Shown here piece after piece: positions 1 to 9,283 of a DNA stretch of 64,000 nt; the stretch's first letter is position 1; each line of letters opens with the position of its first letter. Origin of the DNA: Candidatus Kapaibacterium sp. GTDB lineage: Bacteria > Bacteroidota > Ignavibacteria > Kapaibacteriales > UBA2268. The DNA lies in the NCBI GenBank assembly GCA_963665665.1, contig OY762428.1, positions 800,001 to 864,000 of the forward strand. Reading direction: 5' to 3'. A program made the position numbers and the translations under genes. The notes under the pieces were generated by a model. It did no database searches. It saw only the letters and a list, made by a program, of their open reading frames with translations, and was not told the origin of the DNA.

Positions 1-2
1 CC

Positions 3-389
3 GAAAAAATCGGTGCCAAGCCGATTGCTAAAGTAATTGCTCATGTTTCACACGCCCAAAAGCCTGAATGGTTTACAACAGCGCCGGCTGAGGCTATCAA
101 AAAAGTTCTGGCAAAAGCTGATATGAAAATTGATCAGATAGACTTGTTTGAAGTGAACGAAGCATTTTCAGTGGTTACACTATACACACAGAAAGAGCTT
201 GGGATTTCGATGGATAAATTGAATATCCACGGCGGAGCTGTTGCCCTTGGGCACCCGATAGGAGCTTCAGGAGCAAGAATAACTGCTACACTGATCAACG
301 CGCTGAAACGGACAGGCGGCAAATATGGTATTGCCAGCCTTTGTATCGGTGGCGGTGAAGCCAACGCTATGATAATAGAAATGCTATAA
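3..389 (+). CDS. Acetyl-CoA C-acetyltransferase (thiolase), 3' part; starts before window
   Basis: Frame open from window edge; thiolase C-terminal motifs NEAF, GHPIGASG, CIGGGE. Confidence 0.93.
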   Translation, partial: EKIGAKPIAKVIAHVSHAQKPEWFTTAPAEAIKKVLAKADMKIDQIDLFEVNEAFSVVTLYTQKELGISMDKLNIHGGAVALGHPIGASGARITATLINALKRTGGKYGIASLCIGGGEANAMIIEML

Positions 390-581
390 TGGAGCATTGT
401 CTGAATTTTATTCGTGAAACTCAACCCTTATAAATGTAGCGATATGAATTTTTCAGATTAACGATGCATGGCGAAATCGCAAAATAAAAAAACATTCCGG
501 CTTATTTCGGAATCCGTTTTCAAAGTTTAGCTGGATTCATACACAGAATTATTATATCTGATATAAATTTAATATCGTAAA

Positions 582-615
582 AAAAAATCCTTCTGTCAGC
601 ACAGAAGGATTTTTT
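582..615. terminator. Bidirectional intrinsic terminator
   Basis: AAAAAATCCTTCTGT-cagc-ACAGAAGGATTTTTT perfect hairpin between convergent genes. Confidence 0.85.
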
Positions 616-635
616 AATAAAAATTTGAGATAAAA

Positions 636-2081
636 CTACCTTCCCACAACAAAGGACTCAATCATCTGTCTGCCAGCGGATGTTATTTTAACAAAGTAAA
701 CACCCGGATTTAAATCGCTGATATCAATTTTTTCGTCAAATACCCCGGAGTTGATTTTTTGATAATTCCTGATTGATTGTCCGATTGTGTTTAGTATTTC
801 AACATTTACGGCGTTGGCGCTATCGGTATCGCATTTGATATTCAAATAATCTGAAGCAGGATTGGGATATATCTGTATATCGCTGCTCATAATAGCGAAT
901 TCGACAGAATTTGGTTTGCCTGTTGTGAACTCCATAATACGCGACCAGGGGCTAACGTCGTTCCCGTGAACAGCCCGAACGCGCCAGACGTAAACAGTAT
1001 TGTCGGTCAGTTCTGTTTCAACTGTGTAAGTTGTATCGTGTATCTCGTATTTCTCGATTATCGGGTCGTCGAAATCCTTATCGCCAAGCAGGTTTGAATT
1101 TGTTTTTGCAGCGAGTTGCAGAATGTAATAGTCAGCACCGGTATTTGTCCAGTTCAGAACAGGAGTTGTGCTTACAGGTTCTCCTTCTTTGCCGATAGGA
1201 AGAAGTTTGGGAATTTTCTCAATATCAACCAGTTGAATAAAATCAACTGTATTTGTTAATTGATTGGGTATGGCCAGCTTTCCGTCGGCTGGATTGTACA
1301 GTATATCGCATGGTTGAGCATATCCCGGCCTGAATATTTCCGGCCGCCCCGAGAAATCAAAATTAACCTTATAAATTTTTCCGGAGAACTCGCCACCATT
1401 ATCCCAGCTTGCAATGTAATATGCATCAGGCCCCTCAGTGATACCCTCAAGTTTGTAAAGGCTGGTTTCCATCAGCATAGTTACTTCGCGTGATTCAATA
1501 TCAACAGCAACGATATTGGATGCCCTCATGGAATTTTTCCAGTTCGAAAGGATTATCAGGCGGTTATTATCCGCATCAAATATCATATCGGAAGGACCGC
1601 GAATAGAATCCATTGTATTGAACATTTCAAGCTGTCGCGTTCTGATATCGTAGCGGTATAACTTATAGCTTTTGCCTTCGGACATATAAAGATAATTTCC
1701 TCCGTCGTAGCAAACCGAATTCAGATTGAAATAATCGCTGTTGTTGAAGAAATAATCAGTTCCGAACACCTGTGATGAATTCAAATCACAACGGATAACA
1801 GAGCACATAAATACACCGTAAATAGTATCACCTACAATAGCAAGGTCAGTCATACCGTTAACAGTTGAATGAGGATATGTATTGCCAAGTGTATCTATTT
1901 TTAATACCATAGCCTGTGTAGTTGTTGCATTACACGATTCAGATGGTCCAATATTTGCCACATAATATGAATTGGTTTTTTCTGAATAAGCAATCCCGTC
2001 CGGTTTGTCGTACTGGGAAAAAAGATCAACTGAAAAAAATAAAATTACAACTGAAAGAGTAAACAAGTAAATATACTTCAT
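636..2081 (-). CDS. Secreted T9SS type A sorting-domain protein (beta-propeller + Fn3-like domain)
   Basis: Signal peptide MKYIYLFTLSVV; SMP-30/NHL-like repeats (PDGIAY, GPSDM, LEGIT, QPCDI); Fn3-like YVWRVRA..SPWS; CTD IYPNPASDYLNI..GVYFVKI. Confidence 0.8.
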   Translation of the reverse strand: MKYIYLFTLSVVILFFSVDLFSQYDKPDGIAYSEKTNSYYVANIGPSESCNATTTQAMVLKIDTLGNTYPHSTVNGMTDLAIVGDTIYGVFMCSVIRCDLNSSQVFGTDYFFNNSDYFNLNSVCYDGGNYLYMSEGKSYKLYRYDIRTRQLEMFNTMDSIRGPSDMIFDADNNRLIILSNWKNSMRASNIVAVDIESREVTMLMETSLYKLEGITEGPDAYYIASWDNGGEFSGKIYKVNFDFSGRPEIFRPGYAQPCDILYNPADGKLAIPNQLTNTVDFIQLVDIEKIPKLLPIGKEGEPVSTTPVLNWTNTGADYYILQLAAKTNSNLLGDKDFDDPIIEKYEIHDTTYTVETELTDNTVYVWRVRAVHGNDVSPWSRIMEFTTGKPNSVEFAIMSSDIQIYPNPASDYLNIKCDTDSANAVNVEILNTIGQSIRNYQKINSGVFDEKIDISDLNPGVYFVKITSAGRQMIESFVVGR

Positions 2082-2247
2082 CACTTCTCCGATTTTAATG
2101 ATCAACAAATTGTTTTTTACAAAATATAAAAAAAAAGAAAATATTTAGCTAATAATTTTATCAATAATTTGATTCATTTATTAAATTTTGTTATATTAAA
2201 GCATTATATTGAAAACTAAGGTTTTATTGATGTTAGAGGTTTATCCT

Positions 2248-2994
2248 ATGAAAAAACTCATGACTTTTACAGCTCTATTATTTTTAATCTTTTCATCTTG
2301 CGACGATTCTCCGTCCGGGCCGGATACTTATACTTTGGATAATTACAAAATACTGAAAGATCAGACTCATAACGTGATAATGCCGCTGGCCGACAGCAAT
2401 CGCTGGGATTACCATACCTTTTCATATATAGATGAAAAATTTGATAGCAACAGATATACAGAAAATTACATTAAAATCTGGGTAAGCAAAGATACACTTG
2501 GAGGAGCCTATTTTGCGATTCTTTCAAATCTTCAATATTTTAAATCCTATCTGTTTCCCTATACAAATACTGTATCAGGTTTTGTTTGCATGGACTGCGA
2601 TAGTTCCCTGCTGATTAAATATCCTGCAAAAAAAGGAGATTCATATAGATTAATCCGGGAAGCAAAGTATCCGGTTTTGGTAAAAGATACCGTTACAGGT
2701 GATATTATTGTTGATTCATTATGCGAATTTTTCTATGACTATAAGGTAATTTCAACTGATAACAAAATTACAACAACTTGTGGTAATTTCAGGACTATAT
2801 TATATGAATTGAATGTTACAATACGAAGAACCGAAATTCAGGACAGAATACCTGATCTTAATTTTTTTAAAATTGAGTTCGATTTCGCTCCTGATATTGG
2901 TTTGATTAAAATGAAAAATTACAGTAGGAGATATAATCAGCATGAATTTAAAACTGTGTCAGAATCAGTATTGACAAATTATATATTAAATTAA
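2248..2994 (+). CDS. Lipoprotein, variable-array member 1 (head type A)
   Basis: Lipobox FSSC; family motifs MPLA, KYP.K.G, FAPDIGLIK; paralog of next three ORFs. Confidence 0.85.
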   Translation: MKKLMTFTALLFLIFSSCDDSPSGPDTYTLDNYKILKDQTHNVIMPLADSNRWDYHTFSYIDEKFDSNRYTENYIKIWVSKDTLGGAYFAILSNLQYFKSYLFPYTNTVSGFVCMDCDSSLLIKYPAKKGDSYRLIREAKYPVLVKDTVTGDIIVDSLCEFFYDYKVISTDNKITTTCGNFRTILYELNVTIRRTEIQDRIPDLNFFKIEFDFAPDIGLIKMKNYSRRYNQHEFKTVSESVLTNYILN

Positions 2995-3007
2995 CAGTGG
3001 TCTCAAC

Positions 3008-3757
3008 ATGAAAAAAATACTTACTCCGCTAATATTATTTATCATCATAGCAGCATGTGACGATTCTCCGTCAGGGCCGGCAGAATACGACTATGACGAT
3101 TTTAAAATCCTTGACAACCAGCGCGAAGGAGTTATAATGCCCCTTGCCACAGGTCATAAATGGGTATATGAAAACTGGAAGTTATACCCGGATGGAACAA
3201 TAAACGAAGAGAAGCAATTGGATTCGATAGTAGTTGTCAATTCAGTAGATACTTTGGAAGGGCCAGGGTATATATTAAATGGATATGTGCCTGGAATTGA
3301 TTTTGTTAATTATCCAATTTCAAATAAAGTAAACGGACTATGGTTTCTTGTATCCGAAGGCCATTTAAAATTCAAATATCCAATAAAAAAAGGAGAAAAA
3401 TGGAAATATTCGAATCCTATTATCAGAATTGCACAATCGAAAGATACAACCAAATGGGAGAATAAATTTATCCGATCGGAAATTGTAAATGAAATAGTTG
3501 TAACAAGTGTTTCTGAACAAATCAAAACTCCTTTACAGGATTTTAAATCAGTTGTTTATAAAAAGCATCAAAAAGTTAAAGATACAGAAGAATTAGAAGG
3601 AGATTATTATCCTGTCCGGGCCGCAGAAGCAATTATTACAAGCTATTTAGTTCCGGATATAGGAATTGTAAAAATTGAGATATATTGGAAAGAATATAAT
3701 ATGGATAATTTTTACTTGCGTTGGGTATCTGAATTAACCCACTACGAACTTTATTAA
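3008..3757 (+). CDS. Lipoprotein, variable-array member 2 (head type B)
   Basis: Lipobox IAAC; same family motifs. Confidence 0.85.
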   Translation: MKKILTPLILFIIIAACDDSPSGPAEYDYDDFKILDNQREGVIMPLATGHKWVYENWKLYPDGTINEEKQLDSIVVVNSVDTLEGPGYILNGYVPGIDFVNYPISNKVNGLWFLVSEGHLKFKYPIKKGEKWKYSNPIIRIAQSKDTTKWENKFIRSEIVNEIVVTSVSEQIKTPLQDFKSVVYKKHQKVKDTEELEGDYYPVRAAEAIITSYLVPDIGIVKIEIYWKEYNMDNFYLRWVSELTHYELY

Positions 3758-3769
3758 CCAGACATTACC

Positions 3770-4513
3770 ATGAAAAAAATACTTACTCCCCTATTAATAT
3801 TTATCATCATCGCAGCATGTGACGATTCCCCGTCCGGGCCGGCAGAATACGACTATGACGATTTTAAAATCCTTGACAACCAGCGCGAAGGAGTTATAAT
3901 GCCCCTTGCCACAGGTAATAAATGGGAGTATGAGACAATATCATACAATTATGACGGTTCAGTTAATGATACATCAACAATGGTATATAATGTTTTAAAT
4001 CCAGTTGATTCTTTAGATAATAAAGGGTTTTATTTTGATAAAGATTTAGTTTATTTTTCTTCAAACAACCCGGTAACAAATAAAACAAATGGATTTTGGA
4101 TTGCAGCTTGTAGGAAGTTTTTGGCTTTTAAATATCCGGCAAAGCGTGGCAATCATTATTTGCATTCTTACACTTTTAAATACCCGTCTCTCGTCGTTGT
4201 TATTGAAAACGGAGATACATCAAATAAAATTATTGATGTTGAGACACAGTTAATTTATGATTTCAAAGTTCTTAGTACGAATGAAACTGTTCAAACCCCT
4301 GCCGGAAAATTCAAAGCATATGTTTATGAATTAAATATGTGCATGGATAATCTTTCTGACGAGAACGTTGTAAACCGTTATTTTAAATTTAAATATTTCA
4401 TTGCTCCCAATATTGGCATTGTTAAAATTAATTATTACTACGAACAAAACAATTTAGAATCCGATTTTAAATTATGGTCTGAAAATTATCTTGCTCATTA
4501 CGAACTTTATTAA
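3770..4513 (+). CDS. Lipoprotein, variable-array member 3 (head type B)
   Basis: First ~50 aa nearly identical to member 2; same HYELY end. Confidence 0.85.
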   Translation: MKKILTPLLIFIIIAACDDSPSGPAEYDYDDFKILDNQREGVIMPLATGNKWEYETISYNYDGSVNDTSTMVYNVLNPVDSLDNKGFYFDKDLVYFSSNNPVTNKTNGFWIAACRKFLAFKYPAKRGNHYLHSYTFKYPSLVVVIENGDTSNKIIDVETQLIYDFKVLSTNETVQTPAGKFKAYVYELNMCMDNLSDENVVNRYFKFKYFIAPNIGIVKINYYYEQNNLESDFKLWSENYLAHYELY

Positions 4514-4525
4514 CCAGGCATTAAA

Positions 4526-5248
4526 ATGAAGAAAATACTTACTCCGCTAATAATATTTATCATCATCGCAGCATGCGACGATTCTCCGTCCGGGCCGGAT
4601 ACTTATACTTTGGATAATTACAAAATACTGAAAGATCAGACCCATAATGTGATAATGCCGCTGGCCGACAGCAACCATTGGGAATACCAGGTTCTTAAAT
4701 CCAGTTGTCATGATGATGATTGTTATATAACAATTTATGACTACCCGGATACCCTTAGAGGAAAATATTTTTTTCTTGGTTCAAATATTGGTTTTCTCTC
4801 ATGCAGTGGATATTTAAGTTCAAATACTGATGAAGGGCTTCTGCTACTTGATTCAAACATGAAGCAATTCTTTAAATACCCGATCAAAGTTGGCGATACA
4901 TACGATGTAGAAATTTCATTCAAAGTACCTTATCTTTATTACTTTTCGGAAAACGATTCTACGGCAGTTGTTGCAACGGATAGCATATTATTTAGATATA
5001 CATTAATTTCAAATAATGAAGAAATAACAACTGATGTTGGTTCATTTAGTACTTATGCATATAAAGTCGAATCCTTCATGGTATTTCCTGAAGGATCAGA
5101 CTGCCAGACTGAACTGGCCTGGGATACTTTCTATTATTTTGCCCCTGGCATAGGATTAATTAAATATCAAACTTATAAATATAATTATAAAACTTCTGAA
5201 TATACTATTTTGGAAAAATTAATCCTTAAAGAATATACTTTGAATTAG
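4526..5248 (+). CDS. Lipoprotein, variable-array member 4 (chimeric: B signal peptide, A head)
   Basis: Signal peptide as members 2/3, post-Cys segment as member 1. Confidence 0.85.
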   Translation: MKKILTPLIIFIIIAACDDSPSGPDTYTLDNYKILKDQTHNVIMPLADSNHWEYQVLKSSCHDDDCYITIYDYPDTLRGKYFFLGSNIGFLSCSGYLSSNTDEGLLLLDSNMKQFFKYPIKVGDTYDVEISFKVPYLYYFSENDSTAVVATDSILFRYTLISNNEEITTDVGSFSTYAYKVESFMVFPEGSDCQTELAWDTFYYFAPGIGLIKYQTYKYNYKTSEYTILEKLILKEYTLN

Positions 5249-5264
5249 CATCCAAAAAAGTTCA

Positions 5265-5584
5265 ATTTAACACCTGCCCCCTGCCTGCCCCGACAGGTCG
5301 GGGAAGGGCGGGGGTGGTTTCTTAAACATTCCCCTCCAGTGGAGGGGTGGCGAGCGCAGCGAGTCGGGGTGGTTTCTTTTTCTTAGTCCCAAGGTATTTT
5401 TATCCACGAGAATGCACGTGGCTATTGAATTTTGCGATATTCTGGATGGATTGTCATTCTGAGCGGAGCGAAGTATCCATTCTTCATACATTATCTGCAA
5501 TCAAAGATAGATTCTTCGGTCGCTTCGCTCCTGAAGCCTGCCCCTGCCTGCACCGATTTATCGGTGACGTGTCGGGGAATGACA
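5265..5584. repeat. Composite cluster of REP-like palindromic repeats
   Basis: CCTGCCCCGACAGGTCGGGG, CCCCTCCAGTGGAGGGG, TTATCCACGAG..CACGTGGCTATTGAATTT and TGTCATTCTGAGCGGAGCGAAG..GAATGACA, each recurring elsewhere in the window. Confidence 0.8.
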
Positions 5585-5760
5585 ACATAATACCTCATTC
5601 TTTTGCTCTGTTTACCCGTTCTTCCACCACAATGAACAGGCCGCCGGCCTTAATTCCCCATCCTGTGGTTTCAATGAATCGGATAATTTCCTTACTTCAA
5701 CGCTGTTTTGAACCAGAATCCTGATGTTTGGGCTAAATGCTTTGTTGGCAGGGCTTTAAA

Positions 5761-6545
5761 CTGCCTTGGCCGGAGTTATTGAATCATTGTTTGGCCTTAA
5801 TGTAGTGAAATTTGACCTCATTGAGGTCTTGTTTGGCCTTATTGAGGACTTGTTTGGCCTTACTGAGGACTTGTTTGACCTTATTGAGGTCTTGTTTGAC
5901 CTTATTGAGGTCTTGTTTGACCTTACTGAGGACTTGTTTGACCTTATTGAGGTCTTGTTTGACTTTACTGAGGTCTTGTTTGGCCTTACTGAGGACTTGT
6001 TTAGCCTTACTGAGGACTTGTTTAGCCTTATTGAGGTCTTGTTTGGCCTTACTGAGGTTACTCATTATCTTCAAACAAGGCATCATTATCTTCAAACAAG
6101 GCATCAATGACTCCGACCAAGGCGTCAATGCCTTCAAACAAGGCATCAATGACTCCGACCAAGGCAGCAATAAAGCAAAACATTGCTGCAATAGCTTCAA
6201 CCAAGAGTTCATTATCTTCAACCAAGACGTCAATAACTTCGAACAAGGCATCAATGACTTCGACCAAGGCAGCAATGACTTCGAACAAGGCATCAATAAA
6301 GCAAAACATTGCTGCAATAGCGTCGACCATTGGTACATTGATTTCGAACAAGGCGTCATTATCTTCAAACAAGGCGGCAATGACTCCGACCAAGGCGGCA
6401 ATGACTCCGACCAAAGCAGCAATAACTCCGACCAAGGCATCAATAACTTCGACCAAGGCGTCAATGCCTTCAAACAAGGCAGCAATGGATTCAAACATTG
6501 GTGCAATAACTTAGACCAAGGCAGCAATAGGTTAAACCATTGGTG
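5761..6545. repeat. Two oppositely oriented arrays of related 21-bp units
   Basis: Left unit TTGTTTGGCCTTATTGAGGTC; right unit CAAGGCATCAATGACTCCGAC; orientation switch at ~6058. Confidence 0.85.
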
Positions 6546-6559
6546 CTTTGCTTTCGACA

Positions 6560-6956
6560 CTTTCTACCTCCCCCCGGCCCCCTCCTTCAAAAGGAGGGGG
6601 AGTTAATCTTATGATATTTAACTTCTTATCCACTCCTCGGGGAGGAGGGAATTATAGGGGTGGTTTTATTAAACTGCTCGCCCCGCGATCTCCGTATCCC
6701 GACGCAAAAAAGGGAAAGGATTTCCCAATCCTCTTTTCTTTCGGATAAGATATCCGAAAGAGCATCGGAGCGCAGCGAGACGGGGTGGATTCTTTTTCTT
6801 AGCCTCCTCCCTTATCCACGAGCTAAAGCACGTGGCTATTGAATTTAACGATGGTAAAACTGCATGTCATTCTGAACGCCAGCGAAGAATCCATTCTTAT
6901 TACATTATCTGCAAAGGAAGATGGATTCTTCGGTCGCTTCGCTCCGTCAGAATGAC
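6560..6956. repeat. Composite cluster of REP-like palindromic repeats
   Basis: CCCCTCCTTCAAAAGGAGGGG, TTATCCACGAGCTAAAGCACGTGGCTATTGAATTT, GTCATTCTGAACGCCAGCGAAGAATCC..GGATTCTTCGGTCGCTTCGCTCCGTCAGAATGAC. Confidence 0.8.
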
Positions 6957-7117
6957 GGATGGGAATGTCCACCGATGGTGAGGGACAGAGGGGATTGAAT
7001 TAACAAGAAAAATAAGTGATGTGCTAATGTTAATCAGTTTTTATATTTGGCGGAAATAAAAAAATGATTAATTTGAATTATCAATATATTATCAACAAAT
7101 ATTTAATTGGTTTAAGG

Positions 7118-7867
7118 ATGAAAAAATTACTTCTATTATTCATTACACTGTTAGTATTTTCCTGTGATAACTCTACTGATAACAGTACTGCTGATATTGG
7201 CCTGATAGGACAGGTTATGTTCAGAACCCAAAGAACTGCCGACAACGGGCAAAAAATAGGTAAATATTTTAACAATGACGGAACAGCAGGGATAAAGGTT
7301 GAACTTATCAGCGGCGATGAGGTTGTTGCAACTACAACTACAAAAGAATCCGATACAATTGATTGTATGTTCGTTTTCAATGATGTGCAAACGGATGTGG
7401 AATATAGGATTAAAGCTTCAATAGCTGATGATATTTACAAAGAGACGGAACCTTTTACTATTAGCGATTCGGATATTTTCGAAGAGGATAAGGAAAGTTT
7501 TTATAGCAAGTTCTCGATTGTGCCTGAATGGTTTGAAAAGGGGGCTTATTATCTGAGAATGATGGAGTATAATCATTCCAATCTTGTTTTTGATCTATAT
7601 GAAAATGATATCAATTTCTTGATTTATCCCCAGCCTGTTAATCAATACACCAATGTTGTATTTGAAGTTCCTGAAACAAATACTTGTGTCCTTGAGATTA
7701 CAACAATTCTGATGGAACCGGTAAAAGTAATTGCCAATGAGATACTTGAAAAGGGATTTCATCAAATTTCAGTAGATGCTTCTGATATTTCAGATGGAAT
7801 TTATATCCTAAGATTAACAATTGACGATGAAAAATATTATTATTCTTTCAGAAAATATTCTTTGTAA
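7118..7867 (+). CDS. Lipoprotein with C-terminal T9SS-like sorting domain
   Basis: Lipobox VFSC; IYPQPVN..GIYILRL CTD-like end. Confidence 0.75.
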   Translation: MKKLLLLFITLLVFSCDNSTDNSTADIGLIGQVMFRTQRTADNGQKIGKYFNNDGTAGIKVELISGDEVVATTTTKESDTIDCMFVFNDVQTDVEYRIKASIADDIYKETEPFTISDSDIFEEDKESFYSKFSIVPEWFEKGAYYLRMMEYNHSNLVFDLYENDINFLIYPQPVNQYTNVVFEVPETNTCVLEITTILMEPVKVIANEILEKGFHQISVDASDISDGIYILRLTIDDEKYYYSFRKYSL

Positions 7868-7974
7868 ATGAAATATTCAATAAATCGGGCTTTTATCCGG
7901 AAAACGGGGTTCAGAAATCTGTTTGAACATTGTTCGGAATCCTGGTATATAATTAATAAGGAAAATAATTAAAC

Positions 7975-8724
7975 ATGAAAAAAATACTACTGCTATTCAT
8001 TGCCCTGCTAATATATTCCTGCAATAGCGCAACTGAAAACGATGAACCCAAGACAAAACTGATAGGCGCAGTAACTTTCCGCATAATTCGAATTAATGAA
8101 ATCGGGCAAATGCTTGGGCGCTTCCTGCAGAAGACCGGAATTGACGGGGTAAAAGTTGAACTTTTGAGCGATTCCAGAGTAGTTGCCACCACATACACCC
8201 GGGAATCTGATTCCCTGGACTGTTTTTTTGTTTTCGACAATGTGGATAGCGGAGTGGAATACAGGATAAAAGCATCCCTGGACGATAATATTTTCAGTAT
8301 AACAGACCCATTTACAATAGCAGAAAACGAAACGGGCGAGCAAAATAAAGACAGCATCAGAAAAATTCTCGGTTTCGCACCCGAATGGTTTAAAAGCGGT
8401 ATCTATTATATGGATATATTAAAGAATTATCAGAACAACCTTGTTATAGACGCTTATAACGAAGATATTCATTTCTTCGCTTTTCCACAGCCACTTAGCA
8501 ATAAAGGAACAATTTTTTTCGAAATGCCCGAAACGGATGAATGCAAAATGGAAATTTTAAATCACAGATTTGAAAGTGTCAGAATAATTTTCAGAGGAAT
8601 ATTGGAATCCGGAAACCATACTTTTTCTTTCGATGCCGCTGATATTGACGAAGGTTTCTATTTAATGCATTATTCTTATGGCGAAAACAACAAATATTTC
8701 CCTATGTCTGTAAAAAGGAATTAA
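7975..8724 (+). CDS. Lipoprotein with C-terminal T9SS-like sorting domain (paralog of previous)
   Basis: Lipobox IYSC; shared KVEL..VVATT..ESD..DC.FVF..VEYRIKAS; FPQPLS..GFYLM. Confidence 0.75.
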   Translation: MKKILLLFIALLIYSCNSATENDEPKTKLIGAVTFRIIRINEIGQMLGRFLQKTGIDGVKVELLSDSRVVATTYTRESDSLDCFFVFDNVDSGVEYRIKASLDDNIFSITDPFTIAENETGEQNKDSIRKILGFAPEWFKSGIYYMDILKNYQNNLVIDAYNEDIHFFAFPQPLSNKGTIFFEMPETDECKMEILNHRFESVRIIFRGILESGNHTFSFDAADIDEGFYLMHYSYGENNKYFPMSVKRN

Positions 8725-8725
8725 T

Positions 8726-9277
8726 ATGAAGAAAGAATTTCCGGCATTCGAAACCCAAAGGCTGATTCTCAGGGAATTCAGCCATCAGGATAAGGATATT
8801 ATTCATGATATACGTTCTAACCCGTCTATGATGAAGTACATGAACCGTCCGTTGCACAAAAATTTACAGGAAACAATAGATTTTATTGATAATTCAATAC
8901 GTGGTTTCTACGATTCCACTGGAATTAACTGGAGTATTGAAATGAAGGACAGCGGTATTGCAGCAGGATATATCGGCCTTTGGCGTATTGACCGTGATAA
9001 TAATATCGGCGAAACGGGTTTTGCAATACATCCGGACTTTCGTGGGAAAAAGATAATCGGAGAAGCAATGCTTCCTGTTATTGAATATGGCTTCAACCGT
9101 GAAAAACTTAATAAGATTATAGCTGATGTTGATCCTGAAAATATTCCCTGCCGCAGGATATTGGAAAAACATAATTTCACGGCAGAAGCACATCTGCGGG
9201 ACAATATATTTTTCCTAAGCAAATATTTCGATAGTATTATATATGGTTTGCTTAAAAGAGACTGGAAACAGTTATAA
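8726..9277 (+). CDS. GNAT N-acetyltransferase, RimJ/RimL family
   Basis: ETQRLILR start, GETGFAIHPDFRGK, DPENIPCRRILEK. Confidence 0.88.
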   Translation: MKKEFPAFETQRLILREFSHQDKDIIHDIRSNPSMMKYMNRPLHKNLQETIDFIDNSIRGFYDSTGINWSIEMKDSGIAAGYIGLWRIDRDNNIGETGFAIHPDFRGKKIIGEAMLPVIEYGFNREKLNKIIADVDPENIPCRRILEKHNFTAEAHLRDNIFFLSKYFDSIIYGLLKRDWKQL

Positions 9278-9283
9278 TTTAGT

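Noticed and set aside
2248-5248. Integron cassette array or shufflon
   Set aside because: Conserved segments lie inside coding sequence and all in direct orientation; no attC-like palindromes and no integrase or invertase in the window
5766-6606. Five overlapping low-complexity ORFs
   Set aside because: They arise from stop-free 21-bp repeats in several frames; no RBS or domain support for any one
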